A program made the position numbers and the translations under genes. DNA of 64,000 bases from the human T2T-CHM13v2.0 reference genome, Homo sapiens. Numbering within the stretch: position 1 is the stretch's first letter; every line of letters starts with the position of its first letter. The notes under the pieces were generated by a model, which was not told the origin of the DNA, ran no database searches, and was given only the letters and a program-made list of their open reading frames with translations. Location of the stretch: assembly GCF_009914755.1 (NCBI RefSeq), contig NC_060931.1, one strand, 5' to 3'. This document shows positions 13,042 to 31,250 of this stretch, piece by piece.

Positions 13042-13228
13042 CAGGTGTCCAGTCTTTTGGCTTCTCGGGGCCATATTGGAAGAAGAATGCTCCTGGGCCA
13101 CAGATAAAATACACTACTGCTACTGATAGCTGATGAGCTTAAAAAAAAAAGTTTGTGCATAATTTTCATGATACCCACCACCACAGATAGGCAGAAATGT
13201 CCTTGTAGTCAAAGGATTGGAAACGGCT
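13042..13228 (+). mobile_element. MER30-type hAT DNA transposon relic (mirror 63638-63824)
   Basis: caggtgtccagtcttttggcttc...ggccatattggaagaag...gatagctgatgagcttaaaaaaaa matches the MER30 5' end as recalled. Confidence 0.75.
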
Positions 13229-13595
13229 GATCTAGTGTCTTGTCGTCCGTTTTGGCTTTCTCCCTGTCTCCAGAATGCAGGTAGAGATGTAGAGACATGC
13301 TCTCAGGACAGCTGTTGAGATAAAAAAAAATTCGTTGTCATTTATTCCCAAGGACAGCTGTTTGCCATTTGCTTTGAAAAAGTTTCCATTCAAACTGCTC
13401 TCACATATAAAATCTATTTATATATCTGTATTTTTCTGTTGTCTTAGCCTTTGTAGGCAGTAGTGTGTTTTAACCGAGCAAACTGTCCTTCCAAATAATG
13501 AAGCCGAAGTCAGTCTACCTGCTTGCCATTTTTCTTCCCCTTCCATTTTTATAACCGCAGGATAATTGTAAGAATGAATTAAGATTTGTGTTTAA

Positions 13596-13737
13596 GGCCG
13601 GGCACAGTGTCTCAGGCCTGTAATCTCAGCATTTTGGGAGGCGGAGATGGATGTATCGTTTGATCTCAGGAGTTGAAGACCAGCCTGGGCAACATACTGA
13701 GACTCCGTCTTGTATAATTAAATTAAAAATTAAAAAA
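13596..13737 (+). mobile_element. Alu left monomer / FLAM (mirror 63129-63270)
   Basis: ggccgggcacagtg...ctgtaatctcagcattttgggagg...gaccagcctgggcaacatactgagactccgtc. Confidence 0.85.
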
Positions 13738-14613
13738 TGGAGAGAAAAGGACCTGTGTTTAAAATTTTAAAAAAGGAGGGAAGGTCTAATGCAAAATGTG
13801 GACTATGCTAGCTATGATTGGGAAAAATAATTTTTCATACAGAATTATCTGTTGACTTGTATTAGCAGCATACTTGTCATAAGCGTTTTGCTTTCCTCAA
13901 ATATGATGAGGCAAGCTACTTTAACGTGTGGTGGGGCTTTCTACCGCATGGCTCCTTGAGTTGTTGAGTCCCAATTTAGCCAATTAATTTGGGTTTAGTT
14001 TTGATATGGATGAGGGAGACCAGCTTCATTCATGATGCACACACAGTTTTGCCAGTAAGGAAAAAAAAGCAACCTGAATGTTCCCACTCATTAGATGCTA
14101 TCTGGAGAGCTCCTTCCCCACCACCACAAAGGCCCTGGCCCTTAAAAAGACTCAGTGCAGCCTTTCTGCATCTCATACTGTATTGTGCAAGATACTCCTG
14201 TGAAAGAAAGTTGTGCTGCAACAGCCATCTCCCTCCTGAAGATCCCTGCGGATGAGGATTTGTGTTTTAAAGGTTCTCAGAAGTCCTGCAACAACAGTTC
14301 TCAAACTTATTTGTCCAGGGGATCTTTTCTTCCACTGATCAAAGTTGGGGAGACACGGCCTTAAGCCTTGAGTAGAGAAAGAGACAAGAAACTGTTGGCT
14401 CACTTACAACCAAGTGTTGTGTTTATGTTTTAGGTTTTTATGAAACTGAGGTGCTGTTTGAGGTTCTGAATCAAACTGGGTGGTTGAAGAGAGGCTGGTA
14501 TCCCTGTAGACTTAGCCAGCCAGGAGAGGTTGAGTTTTGTTGAAGGAGGTCTTTTACAAAGGGAAATAGGGTGTTTCCTGGGCATCACATTAGCACTTAA
14601 ATACATGTATCAC

Positions 14614-15021
14614 TGAAATGAAATGAAATGATGAAATGATGACATGAAATGAAATGAAATGATGAAACAAAATGATGAAATGATGAAATGAAATGAAATG
14701 ATAAAATGATGAAATGAAATGAAATGATGAGATGAAATGAAATGGTGAAATGATGAAATGAAATGCTGAAATGAAATGAAATGCTGAAATGAGATGATGA
14801 GATGAAATGATGAAATGATGAAATGGAATGATGAAATGAAATGATGAAATGATGAAATGAAATGGTGCAATGAAATGAGGAAATTAAATGCTGAAATGAA
14901 ATGATGAAGTGAAATGGTGAAATGAAATGAAATGATGAAATGAAATGAAGAAATGGTATGAAATGATGAAATGAAATGATGAAATGAAGTGAAATGATGA
15001 AATGATGAAATAATGAAATGA
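14614..15021 (+). repeat. (GAAAT/GAAATGAT)n simple satellite, ~408 bp
   Basis: Mixed 5-mer and 8-mer units directly visible; abuts the L1 5' end. Confidence 0.97.
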
Positions 15022-15215
15022 GGGGTGGAGCCAAGATGGCTGAATAGGAACAGCTCCGGTCTACAGCTCCCAGCATGAGCGACGCAGAAGACAGGTGATT
15101 TCTGCATTTCCATCTGAGGTACCGGGTTCATCTAACTAAGGGAGTGCCAAACAGTGGGTGCAGGACAGTGGGTGCAGCCCACACTGTGGGAGCCGAAGCA
15201 GGGTGAGGCATTGCC

Positions 15216-15470
15216 TCAGGAAGCACAAGGGGTCAGGAAGTTCCCTTTCCTAGTCAAAGAACGGGGTGACAGACGGCACCCGGAAAATCGGGTCACTCTC
15301 ACCCTAATACTGCACTTTTCCAACAGGCTTGGAAAACGGCAAACCAGGAGATTGTGTCCCGCACCTGGCTTGGAGGGTCTTATGCCAATGGAGTCTTGCT
15401 GATTGCTAGCATGGCACTCTGAGGTCAAACTGCAAGGCGGCAGCAAGGCTGGGGGAGTGGGGCCCGCCAT
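15216..15470 (-). CDS. L1 antisense ORF0, open, 84 aa
   Basis: gcaATGg start; MAGPTPPALLPPCSLTSECHASNQQDSIGIRPSKPGAGHNLLV... resembles primate L1 ORF0 (MAGAPPPASLPPCSLISDCCASNQRDS...). No expression evidence. Confidence 0.7.
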   Translation of the reverse strand: MAGPTPPALLPPCSLTSECHASNQQDSIGIRPSKPGAGHNLLVCRFPSLLEKCSIRVRVTRFSGCRLSPRSLTRKGNFLTPCAS

Positions 15471-16046
15471 TGCCCTGGCTTTCTTAGGTAAACAAAGCAG
15501 CCAGACAGCTGGAACTGGGTGGAACCCACAACAGCTCCAGTAGGCCTGCCTGCCTCTGTAGGCTCCACCTCTGGGGGCAGGGCATAGACACACAAAAAGT
15601 CAGCAGTAACCTCTGCAGACTTAAATGTCCCTGTCTGACAGCTTTGAAGAGAGTAGTGGTTCTCCCAGCATGCAACTGGAGATCTGAGACAGGGCAGACT
15701 GCCTCCTAAAGTGGGTCATGGAACCCCGAGCAGCCTAACTGGGAGGCACCCCCCTGTAGGGACAGAATGACACCTCACTCGGCAGGGTAGTCCTCTGAGA
15801 CCAAACTTCCAGAGGAATGGTCAGAAAGCTAAATTTGTGGTTGACGAAAATCCGCTGTTCTAAAGCCACCGCTGCTGATACCCAGGCAAACAGGGTCTGG
15901 CGTGGACCTCTAGTACACTCCAACAGACCTGCAGCTGAAGGTCCTATCTGTTAGAAGGAAAACTAACAAACAGGAAGGACACCCACACCAAAAACCCATC
16001 TGTACATCACCATCGTCAAAGACCAAAAGTTGATAAAACCACAAAG

Positions 16047-17051
16047 ATGGGGAGAAAACAGAGCAGAAAAACCGGAAACTCTAAAAAGCAGAGTGCCTCT
16101 CCTTCTCCAAAGGAATGCAGTTCCTCACCAACAATGGAACAAAACTGGACAGAGAATAACTTTGACGATTTGAGAGAAGAAGGCTTCAGATGATCAAACT
16201 ACTGCGAGCTACAGGAGGAAATTCAAACCAATAGCAAAGAAGTTAAAAACTTTGAAAACCAATTAGAGGAATGTATAACTGGAATAACCAATGCAGAGAA
16301 ATGCTTAAAGGATCTGATGGAGCTGAAAGCCAAGTTTCGAGAAGTACGTGAAGAAGGCAGAAGCCTCAGGAGCTGATGCAATCAACTGGAAGAAAGGGTA
16401 TCAGTGATGGAAGATGAAATGAATGAAACGAAGAGAGAAGGGAAGTTTAGAGAAAAAAGAATAAAAAGAAACGAACAAAGCCTCCAGGAATTATGGGACT
16501 CTGTGAAAAGACCAAACCTACGTCTGATTGGTGTACCTGAAAGTGACGGGGAGAATGGAACTAAGTTGGAAAACACTCTTCAAGATATTATCCAGGAGGA
16601 CTTCCCCAATCTAGCAAGGCAGGCCAACATTCGGATTCAAGAAACACAGAGAACGCCACAAAGATACTCCTCAAGAAGAGAAACTCCAAGACACATAATT
16701 GTCAAATTCACCAAAGTTGAAATGAAGGAAAAAATGTTAAGGGCAGCCAGAGAGAAAGGTCGGGTTACCCACAAAGGGAAGCCCATCACACCAACAGCTG
16801 ATCTCTTGGCAGAAACTCTTCAAGCCAGAAGAGAGTGGGGGCCAATAGTCAACATTCTTAAAGAAAATAATTTTCAACCCAGAATTTCATATCCAGCCAA
16901 ACTAAGCTTCATAAGTGAAGGAGAAATAAAATCCTTTACAGACAAGCAAATGTTGAGAGATTTGCTTGCCCTAAAAGAGCTCCTGAAGGAAGCACTAAAC
17001 ACGAAAAGGAACAACTGGTACCAGCCACTGCAAAAACATGCCAAATTGTAA
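16047..17051 (+). pseudogene. L1 ORF1p, disrupted
   Basis: ATG at 16047; in-frame TGA at 16191 and 16374; 12-bp deletion near the C-terminus (RDLLALKELLKE); downstream 215-aa ORF is recognisably ORF1p. Confidence 0.93.
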
Positions 17052-17099
17052 AGACCATTGAGACTAGGAAGAAACTGCATCAACTAACGAGCAAAATAA

Positions 17100-20944
<3,845 letters not shown>

Positions 20945-21229
20945 ACAATGAGAACACATGGACACAGGAAGGGGAACATCACACTTCGGGGACTGTTGTG
21001 GGGTGGGGTGAGTGGGGAGGGATAGCATTAGGAGATATACCTAATGCTAAATGACGAGTTAATGGGTGCAGCACAGCAACATGGCACATGAACACTTATG
21101 TTACAAACCTGCACATGGTGCACATGTATCCTAAAACTTAAGGTATAATAATAAAATAAAATAAAATAGAATAAAATAACAAAATATACACTAATACAGA
21201 TTTACCAACGAAAAAAAATTGTAGAGAAA

Positions 21230-23470
21230 GGTCATTTAAAAAATATGAAGCATAGAGTAATAATCTAACACGTTGAAAGCTAAGAAGGAGAAAACAGCTT
21301 GTCTGAACAGCATTTTAAGTGGCAATGTTAGAGGTTTTATCAAAATTGACCAATAATATTAAACGACAGGTTCAGGAGGCTTTTCAAAGCAAAGGAAAAC
21401 ACACACAGAGGACACATCTAGAAACATAATGGGACAATTTCTGAAAAGTAAAAGAAAAATGTAAAGAGCACTTGATAAAAAAATTGGGCTAACTACAAAG
21501 AGAAAGAGTTGACTGATAACAACTTTCTCAAATGAAACAACGAAAGCCAACAAGTGAGGTATTGATATCTTTCAAGTCCTGAAATAAAATAAGTGCTGAC
21601 CTAGAACTGTCTACTTGGTGGACATATCCATCAAAAGCAAAGATACAATAAAGAATTTCTCCCAAGCAGACCCACAGGAAAAGAAATACTAAAGATTATT
21701 CTTCAGGTAGAAGAGCCATGATCCCTGATGAAAGTTTGCAGTTAGAAGAACAATATTTAAAGAAAGAAATAAACATAGAGAGAAATTTAATTGGATATTG
21801 ACTGTATAACAGAATGGTATCTCATAAAGTTTAAAATGTATCTTCCATACAATGGCAGAAGCATATAAGTTGTGAGTTGGATAAAGTAATTTTAAAATAT
21901 TTTCAAGTTTTTTTTTTTTTTTGGAAATAGACAGATGTACCAATTATATTAGACCCTGAATTCAACAATGCACGTTGTATTAAACCAGGTAAAACATAAC
22001 CAGACCAGATTTTTTAAATGGACTCTCTTAAAGTTTTTATACTTTGTATTCATATTTTAAATATGTTGAAAGTAATTAATGGAAAAGCATGCAATGCAAA
22101 TATTAACCAAAATATAGCTTTAGTTGTACTTATATTAAAAGTTGGACACGGTTAAGTCTCAGTGATTTTTTTACACAACGGAGGCAACCTGTGCAGTTAT
22201 AACTAGTATTATATTATGCCCTTGGCCTGATTACAGAAGGGAAAGGGGAGATCATACCAGACAATGGCAGAATGAAGCAACAAGGAGTAGAGTTACAGAA
22301 CATGATGCTGTAACTGGGACTGGAGTTACACTTTTAGAGTTAAAGAATAGTAAACTGGACAAAATATATGAAACAATTTTTTGAAGTACTGAACATCAGG
22401 CAGCACAGGACTGTGCTCGGCAAGAGAAGAGAAGGAGCCAGAATGAGTCCTGCTTTATTCCCAGATTCTCCGTGACAGCAGTAGAGAGGAATCCCAGAGA
22501 GAGCAGACATTGTCATTGCACTGAGGAACCACATAAAAATCAAAAAGGTTAAGCAGCTGGAATGTGTAGTAGAAGAGAACGTTTACAGAAAAAGGAACCA
22601 AGAATCAGCCTAAGGATTCTCCCAAGTCCCTAAGCCAAATGTACATAGGATGAAATTCTAAGGAGCTCAGCAAAGGACTGTACCAGGGAGTTGGAAGAAG
22701 AACATTTCCCTGGCATCACATGACAGGAAGACACGTTAGCTCTGACCAGCCAGAGAAGGGAATCCCCTCTTTACCTCCAGGATATTCAGTAAAGACCACT
22801 GGAAGTTCATGCCCTAGTGACAGTGCTCTTTTAGCTCCAAATTACAGATGGTTCTAGACTAACTCAACAAAGTTTAAAGAGAAGATTTAAAACAACAACA
22901 GAAAAATACTCATCCTGAAGTTACAGAACTGCCTGCCACAACATTGTTCAAAGGTAGCCAATCAAATCTAGATATTCAATAGCATAACACCAAAATACCA
23001 CCAAAAAAACTCTGACATGCAAAGAAGCCATAAGATATATATAATTAAGACATATATTCACAGGATAAAAATAAGTTATTTATAAATGACAGAGAAGAAG
23101 GAAATTTCAAGGTCCTTAAAGTAAATATATTTTATAAATACATATAGATAAATACATATATGCGTCAAGGTACTTAAATGAAAATTGAACATAGGAGAAA
23201 AATAGAAGTTATAAAATGAAAAATGTGACATGTATAGATGAAAAATAAATATTTGAAATAAAAATTCCATGAGATAGAATAAGTAATGGATTTTACCCTA
23301 ACATCAGAAAATTTATAGAACAAAATAGAAGATTTACAAACTAAAGGACAAAGGGTAAACTAAAATAAGAAAGCCGGAAACTCACTGATACGTCAGACAA
23401 TATGCAGCAGTGTAACATACATGTAATCAATATCTCAAAAAGGATGGGTGGGGGAATTATAGGTGAATAA
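21230..23470 (+). mobile_element. Patchwork of very old L1M 5'/ORF1 fragments (mirror ~53400-55640)
   Basis: A-rich decayed ORF1-like motifs (ctagaaacataat, ataacaactttctcaaatgaaacaa, atctttcaagtcctgaaataaaat); boundaries approximate. Confidence 0.5.
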
Positions 23471-23499
23471 AGAATGGTACACTCATTCCTGAGGGCACC

Positions 23500-23656
23500 G
23501 AGGAGGGAGGATAGCTTTAGATTCCTGAGGGAGGGTATTATCCATTCATGAAAGTCCAACCCCCAGGAACAAACACCTCCCAGTGAGCCCCACCTGCAAC
23601 ATTGGGGATCAAACTTTAACATGAGATTGGAAGTGGCAAGCATTCAAACCATAGCA
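23500..23656 (-). mobile_element. MST-type MaLR LTR fragment (mirror 53211-53367)
   Basis: aaacacctcccagtgagccccacctgcaacattggggatcaaactttaacatgagatt...caaaccatagca. Confidence 0.75.
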
Positions 23657-25019
23657 AGAGTTAAATTTCCTTTTTAAAAAAAATCACTGATACGATTCCA
23701 TTTCGCCATAGATAAAAGCTAGTATTTCAGCCTACCATTGAATGTACTTATAGCGCACCAAAGGGCACTCTGTCTCGGGAATACAGGTTTGCCTAGAGGT
23801 ATCCTATTGCAATCAAAGAAAGAGCAATGAGGGATAGAAAAGGTTAGTTATGGAGACACCAGCGCTGCATTTTGCAACAAACAATGTAAAAACTTTACGG
23901 ATTGGTTCTGCTAACTTACTACAGTTTACATTCCTCTCAGGTGGGAGAATTATTGCGTTTTTTCTTAAGATAGAAAAGCAATTCAGATAATCTGAAACCT
24001 CCACAAGAAGGATAAGAAGCAGAGAAGAAATTATTCTAGGCAGGAAGTCAATCCTTTCAACTGTCTGTGCTCCATGGAAACAATTGTCTGCACTGGGAGT
24101 CATATGAGGTATAGACCACAGCCAGACCTCTGATCCTCTCATTAGTGATTTCAGAAGAAATTACCGGTCAACTGAGTAATTCACTGAGTAAAGTAAACAT
24201 TTGGCACTGAAAGAGGTTAGACGGATAACTATTTGTATCACCATATTCATGAAGCTGGAATATGTTCCATTACTCGTATGACATCCGAATGGAAGATGTG
24301 GAAAGGTCTCTCATCTTGTAAGATGGATATGAAACAACATTTTCTGAGAAATGAAATTATTAACACACCTGCGAGGTGGATGGAAGAGAAAAAAAGAATA
24401 ATCAGCTTGAGTTCTTCTCCTTGATAAGATAACTCACTAAAAACATAAAGAGAAAAATACAAGTTTAAAATAATTAACCAGAAGAAGACGACTCTAGAGT
24501 TTTTAAATTGCTGATAAGATTTTAATTTGCTCCAAGTTGAAAATAAATATATTGCCTGTGTTTTAAGGCACATAATGAGCAATTATATCACACATGATAG
24601 TTTCAGCAGTAAAATATCCGTTATCTGCTGGAACTCATAAAAGCATAGCACAATGTAAAGATGGAATTTGCTAAAATAAACCATCTGCTGAAAACTACTA
24701 TTCTGCAAATTTAAAAATAAAGTTTATATGTTATTTGTCTTATTTAATTGGTCTGTGAAAAAAATGCGATATTTGAAAAGTAGGTGCTACCTTAATTAGT
24801 TCTTTATGTTAGATGGCTGGTTACAGTAATGCACAGTAAGGTGCTACATAGATATATTGCTAATTTTCTGCATATATTATGTATTTAGCTTAAATTATTT
24901 GAAATTGTATAGTTAAAGTAACAAATGTATACTTAAATGTTTCGACACAAATTGCAAATATACCTTTAAAAAACGTCTTACACTCTAAATATTATTTTTC
25001 ACCTACATGCTTGTCTTTT

Positions 25020-25945
<926 letters not shown>

Positions 25946-26929
25946 TCCATATGTACAATATATAATATTGTGATTTTTAATCTTTGCTCTTCTGTGGAGA
26001 AAACACAGGTGTGATTTCTAGTGTAGCTGAACATCGTTTATTTGACAATATTGCAGTTGTGTGTGGGTGTGTGCCTGTGTAGCTACTGTTTAATTTTGTT
26101 CTCAAATAATGATTAGATATTAACAATTAATTCAGTAAAATGTATGTTTTGCAATATTTCTCCATGTTATTCTGCTTTAAATTATTTTAATCATGCCCCT
26201 ATTATGTATACATTTTAACCTTTGACTATAGGTCTCAATCTTACTTTGGATCCTGTATTTCAATTTATGCTAATAAAGTCCTACAGATAAAAAAGATTAT
26301 GTAAATTTATCTACATTTTTATTAGTATTCTGGTGTCATTTTAAATTATGTAATGAAATCAAATTTTAATTTGTATTATTGTTATCTGAGTTAAGGATCT
26401 AAATTTTTAATTTTCTTATAAATATTACATAATTATTTCTGAACCATATATTGACTAATCTGCCCTTTATATGATGTGCATTATAAGAGCTTGGGATTGT
26501 TTCATTTGCAAAGATGAATGCTTGAGAAGTAGATATTTAATCATAACATTTCAAAATCTACTGGATAACCTAGAATTGAAAAATAGCCTATAGGTTGCAA
26601 AACTCCTGTAGTGAAGAAAGAAAATAACTAATATACAGTGACAATATAAATATTATAACTATTTATTTTATTACCCCCTGAAATTTGATAATACAAACAT
26701 GTAATATCTACATATCATCCACATATCAGGTCATAAAAAATCAATACATTCTTCAAAAATTTATCATAACAGAAAATGCACTCTGTCTCCTTGATGGAAT
26801 TAAGTTACAAATAAAAGCAAAAATAAGTAGATAAGTAGATGGAAGTAGATGTTTGAAAACAAAGAAAAATATTTGTTTTGGATAACATAAAATCTCAATT
26901 GACAATTCCAATATTTCCAGAACTTTGCC

Positions 26930-27120
26930 TGTCAACTGGTGGAGAGTATTCCCCAGGAGACATTTGTCAATGTCTAGGGTTATTGTGGGGATGTCAAGAC
27001 TGGTGGAGGTGGGAAATTTAGAGGTCAAATGAAACACTTAGCATTGCCAGGGCAGCCTCCCACAACAAAGAATCCTCTGGTCCTAAAGGTAAGTAGCACC
27101 AAGGTTCAGAAACCATAATC
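26930..27120 (+). mobile_element. MER20 DNA transposon relic (mirror 49747-49937)
   Basis: ccccaggagacatttgtcaatgtctagg...cagggcagcctcccacaacaaagaat...caaggttcagaaacc. Confidence 0.7.
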
Positions 27121-27239
27121 TAGACAGGAAACACTACGTAGCTATTGCAAGTGCTCAGGAAAACACATCAGTGCCCTCGAGGGGAAAAGTGTAAACATTT
27201 TAATTGCTGTACATGGTGACACAAATCCATGTTGTTAAT

Positions 27240-28420
27240 CTAAGTGGAAGGGGCTGAAGCACAAAACGTAATTCAAAGAGTTTACTTGAGCCACAATGAG
27301 GACAGCTGCCTGGAAGAAAGAGACCCAAGTATCCTTGGATATAAACTCCCTTTGGAGCTTTGCAACAAGCAGTTTCTTAAAGGCAAAAAAGGGTCCAGAA
27401 GTGGGATGATGCAAAGAGGTTTGTCACAAATTCTCATTGACTTATGGAAATAACATTTATTAGTGACTGGCTATACACTGTTACACTATTATTGGGTGTG
27501 GATTATAGTGTCTGGTGTGGCGTTATTGGTTAATTTATAGCTACTGTGGCAACAGCAAGCAGCCTAGATGAACACACAGCTCAAAGACGAGCAGGACAGA
27601 ACTGTTGTCTCATTTGAATATCTCTCTGGGCCTGATTGTTTAAAAGGACTTGCATTTCTCACATGAAAGTTATTTTCTTTTCTCAATGTCCATAAATGAG
27701 AATAAATAGAAGTAAAATAGATCTTTTCGAGGATGAAGTAAATGGAATGAAAAACAAAACCCAAGCTGACCAGAAATCATAGAGGGAAGAAAACGTTATA
27801 AATATATGGATTTTTCAAAGTGATTTTAAGCTATTAGGAATCAGTTAAATGTTGGGGAATTTTGTCTGAGAATGGGCTAAAGGAGAATGTCCCTTTTGCC
27901 TTCTGAAGTTTCCCTGAAAATCACTAATAGGAGGCAGATAAATAGTAGAAAAGGCATACAGGTTTCTGCAATGTGTGTACACTGGAGCCCTTAGAACGAA
28001 GGCCCAGAAACACGATGCGTGCAGAAGCTTATCTACCACATGAAGTTTACAAAAAGAATGGGGTCTTGTATCACAGGGAAAGAAAAAAGAAAAGTTATGT
28101 GAGAAAACGATCCTGGCTAGCAACAGTGGACTTATTACATAGGCGGAACCTCATTGGGAGCAGTCCTCAGAGAGAATAGACAGAAAATGTTTCTTTCAGA
28201 CCTTTGGAGACCTCAGATTCTCAGTTAAACTTTCCTAGATCCAGACAAGGGGGCAGACCTCAGAGAAAGCCTGGCTGCATCAAGGCAGATTCTCTACCGA
28301 TGCACATCTCCCCAAGACAGCTTTGCAGCTAACTTTGAATTTCCAGCCCTTCTCAATAGCCATTTTGAAATATATCAAGGAAATACATTTAGGGGTAAAA
28401 TATATTAGTTTCCCTCATAC
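27240..28420 (-). mobile_element. ERV1 MER4-group LTR fragments (mirror ~48447-49627)
   Basis: gccattttgaaatatatcaaggaaatacatttaggggtaaaatatattagtttccctca terminal motif; related to 25450-25625. Confidence 0.55.
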
Positions 28421-30169
28421 AGCTATAAAACATACAGGAATAATTTTTGTCAATGTCTACTACAAATCCAATATAGCAGTAATTATAAAACCCACCAGAT
28501 ATTGAAGAAAAAATATGTAGAGGACCTCAATTACAAATGTTGATACTATAATGCTAAATAAAATAAAAATAATATCCAACAATATTTGAAACAGTAAGAC
28601 AAGAAATTGGCAAAAAAAAAAATAAAACAAATATCCACCTTGGGGATGAAAGTGTGTTTCCAAATTTGGTAATCCAATAATATTAATAATCATATTGATT
28701 ACCCAAATTAAAAATAAATAGGGGATTCTCAGTACATGCTAAAGTATATTTGTTAAAAGGCAATATTCATGTCTTTAAAGATTTTAAATGCTATAAAGAC
28801 CCTGATATTCTATATGCAAACATGTATATGTCCATTAGAAGAAGAGAGGCCTGATTTTCATATGTCACTACAAAGAGATAGAAAAGTGGATACGTTAATT
28901 TGCATATGCATAGAGAAAGCATAAAATAGAAATTTATTATCATATTAAAGGAATTTTAACTCAACAATAAAATAATTCAAAGTTAAAATTTAAATATTTT
29001 TAGCAGGTACATTACTATTAGATAATATTTATAATAATTGTGAAAATATTCAATGCTAAAATAAGATACAATGTCTAAACATCAGTATTAAAACTAGTAT
29101 AAATATTTGCTTGTTTATACAAGGAAAATTCAAGCTCGACCTAAAATTATACGGGAAATAAAAGAAAAATTTTAAGGGAGCTCTTTAATAACATAATCAT
29201 ATGTATATATACACACACACATATAATATGTATATATGTTATATGGGACAGATATAGATTTAACATGTTATGTCTATATTTGTATCTATAAGTACAGCTG
29301 TATGTATCTACATTTCTATATATTTACTCAGTGACATAAATATAGACTGGAATAAATATAAATACACATATGATTCTTGGATAAAAAAGATTTAGTATCA
29401 TAAAGACAAATTCTTTCCAAATTCACTTATGAATTCACAATAATATACAGTTTCATTAGTATAATTTAAAATTTTTAAATAAATTCCAAGATTCATTTAA
29501 AGGAATATACATGTATACAAGCAGTCAAGAAAGAAGCAAGAGTGCACTAAACTAACTTGCTATTAAAATATATTTTTAAAGTTAGTCACTAAAACTGAGC
29601 AGTACTGATTTGGAGTACTGGAATTTAGGTATATGGGATCTCAAAAGCACAGAGCTCAAAGGAGACCCCTGTATGCACGAGAGCTTAGGATGTGCTTTGG
29701 AAGGCATTACCAAACCACGGGCAAAGTTACTTTAGTGTCTTAGTCTTACTAGATTTGAAAAGCCAGAGAAAAGACTCAAGCACACCATAGAAGAGCAAAA
29801 CAAAAGGACAGGGAGGGAGTGTGAAGATAGTGAAACGTTTTACATAAAGTTGTATAAACATCCTTTAAAGAAAATATAAAGTTTAGGATATACATCAAAA
29901 TCAGCAGAGCCACTAAATAAATAAATACGCATTGTAAAATAAGAGAAAATTTAAATGGATTTCTAAAAAATATTGACACCTATGATTTTTAAAATATGTT
30001 TAAGAAATCCCGTATTTCACAGGGCAGCCTTTCACAACACAGATATATTAGGACATAAAGGTCCTTCTGTTTTTAATTTACTAGTGTTTATAGGGTTACA
30101 AATGTCTTCTACCTTTGTCTTTTGTCTGATAGTGCAAAAAATTTTCATAAGCATGTATTTCTGAATGCC

Positions 30170-31250
30170 TGATGGATTGACATATATAATAAGCTGCTAG
30201 TATTATAATATGTGACATAAAACGCATCCAATCTTCTCACTGTTTACATAAATTCTAGGTTCCTCCTCTTTACCTCAAGCACGTATGGAGCGAATTCTTA
30301 CCTTTTAATATTGCCATGACATTCACATTGAACATAAGTTGAACTCTCTCATATGGTAGCTGGGTTCGGATTCCCTTGACAATTTCCAGTTCTAACCCTC
30401 ACAGTTCCTCAGTGTGGCTGGCCCAGATATTGACCCTACACAGTTGCCTCCTCCTGGTGATTACCAGCTATGGAACCGTTGGATACAACCTACCTGACTA
30501 ACCCCACAGACCTCACAGTGCACATGGACAGCCCCCACACGCAAGAGTGACCTGCTCGGTTGCAGCGGGAGTCAAGAAATGTACCTGCTGGCACTCACCC
30601 CACCGACTAGTGCCCCGTGGAAAACTTATTTGGATAATGTTCTGGGCCCAATAAAGGCTGCAGTCCCACAGACCCCTTTTCTCTCTCCTGCTCCCCACTC
30701 ATCTTCCCTATTTTGTTCAGCCCTATGAGGTGTGCTACTGTATTAGTCCATTTTCACACCGCCGGTAAAGACATGCCCAAGACTGGGTAATTTCCAGAAG
30801 AAAGAGGTTTAATAGACGCACAGTTCCACATGGCTGGGTAGGCCTCACAATCATGGTGCAAGCTGAAAGGCACGTCTCACATGGCAGCAGACAAGACAAG
30901 AGAGCTTGTGCAGGAAACTCCCCTTTATAAAACCATCAGATCTTGTGAGACTTATTTACTATCAGAAGAACAGCATGGGAAAGACCTGCCCCCATGATTC
31001 AATTACCTCCCACCTGTTCCCTCCCACAACATGTGGGAATTCAAGATGAGATTTGGCTGGGGACACAGCTAAACCCTCTTCTCAGCTACCCTCTTCTCTC
31101 TGGATCTGTGAGTAATAAACCTACTTCTGTGATTTCCCATGTTTGGTTCTGTGGCCTCCATGTATCTGAGCTCACCTACACTGGAACCTAACTCTCCTCC
31201 TGGCCAGGGTCTCTGAGAGTGGCTCTTGTCAGAAATACACAGGACACAGG
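30170..31250 (+). mobile_element. Old ERV LTR (family uncertain) split by a THE1 LTR (mirror ~45617-46697)
   Basis: LTR-like composition with agtaataaacctacttctg polyA region; sequence resumes on both sides of the THE1 element. Confidence 0.45.
30739..31075 (-). mobile_element. THE1 MaLR LTR (mirror 45792-46128)
   Basis: tgtattagtccattttcacac...gaggtttaat...aaccatcagatcttgtgagactta...gatgagatttggctggggacacagc. Confidence 0.9.

Noticed and set aside
14597-15131. F/H/I/S-rich ORFs (and mirrors at 61735-62269)
   Set aside because: Translation of the (ATTTC)n satellite.
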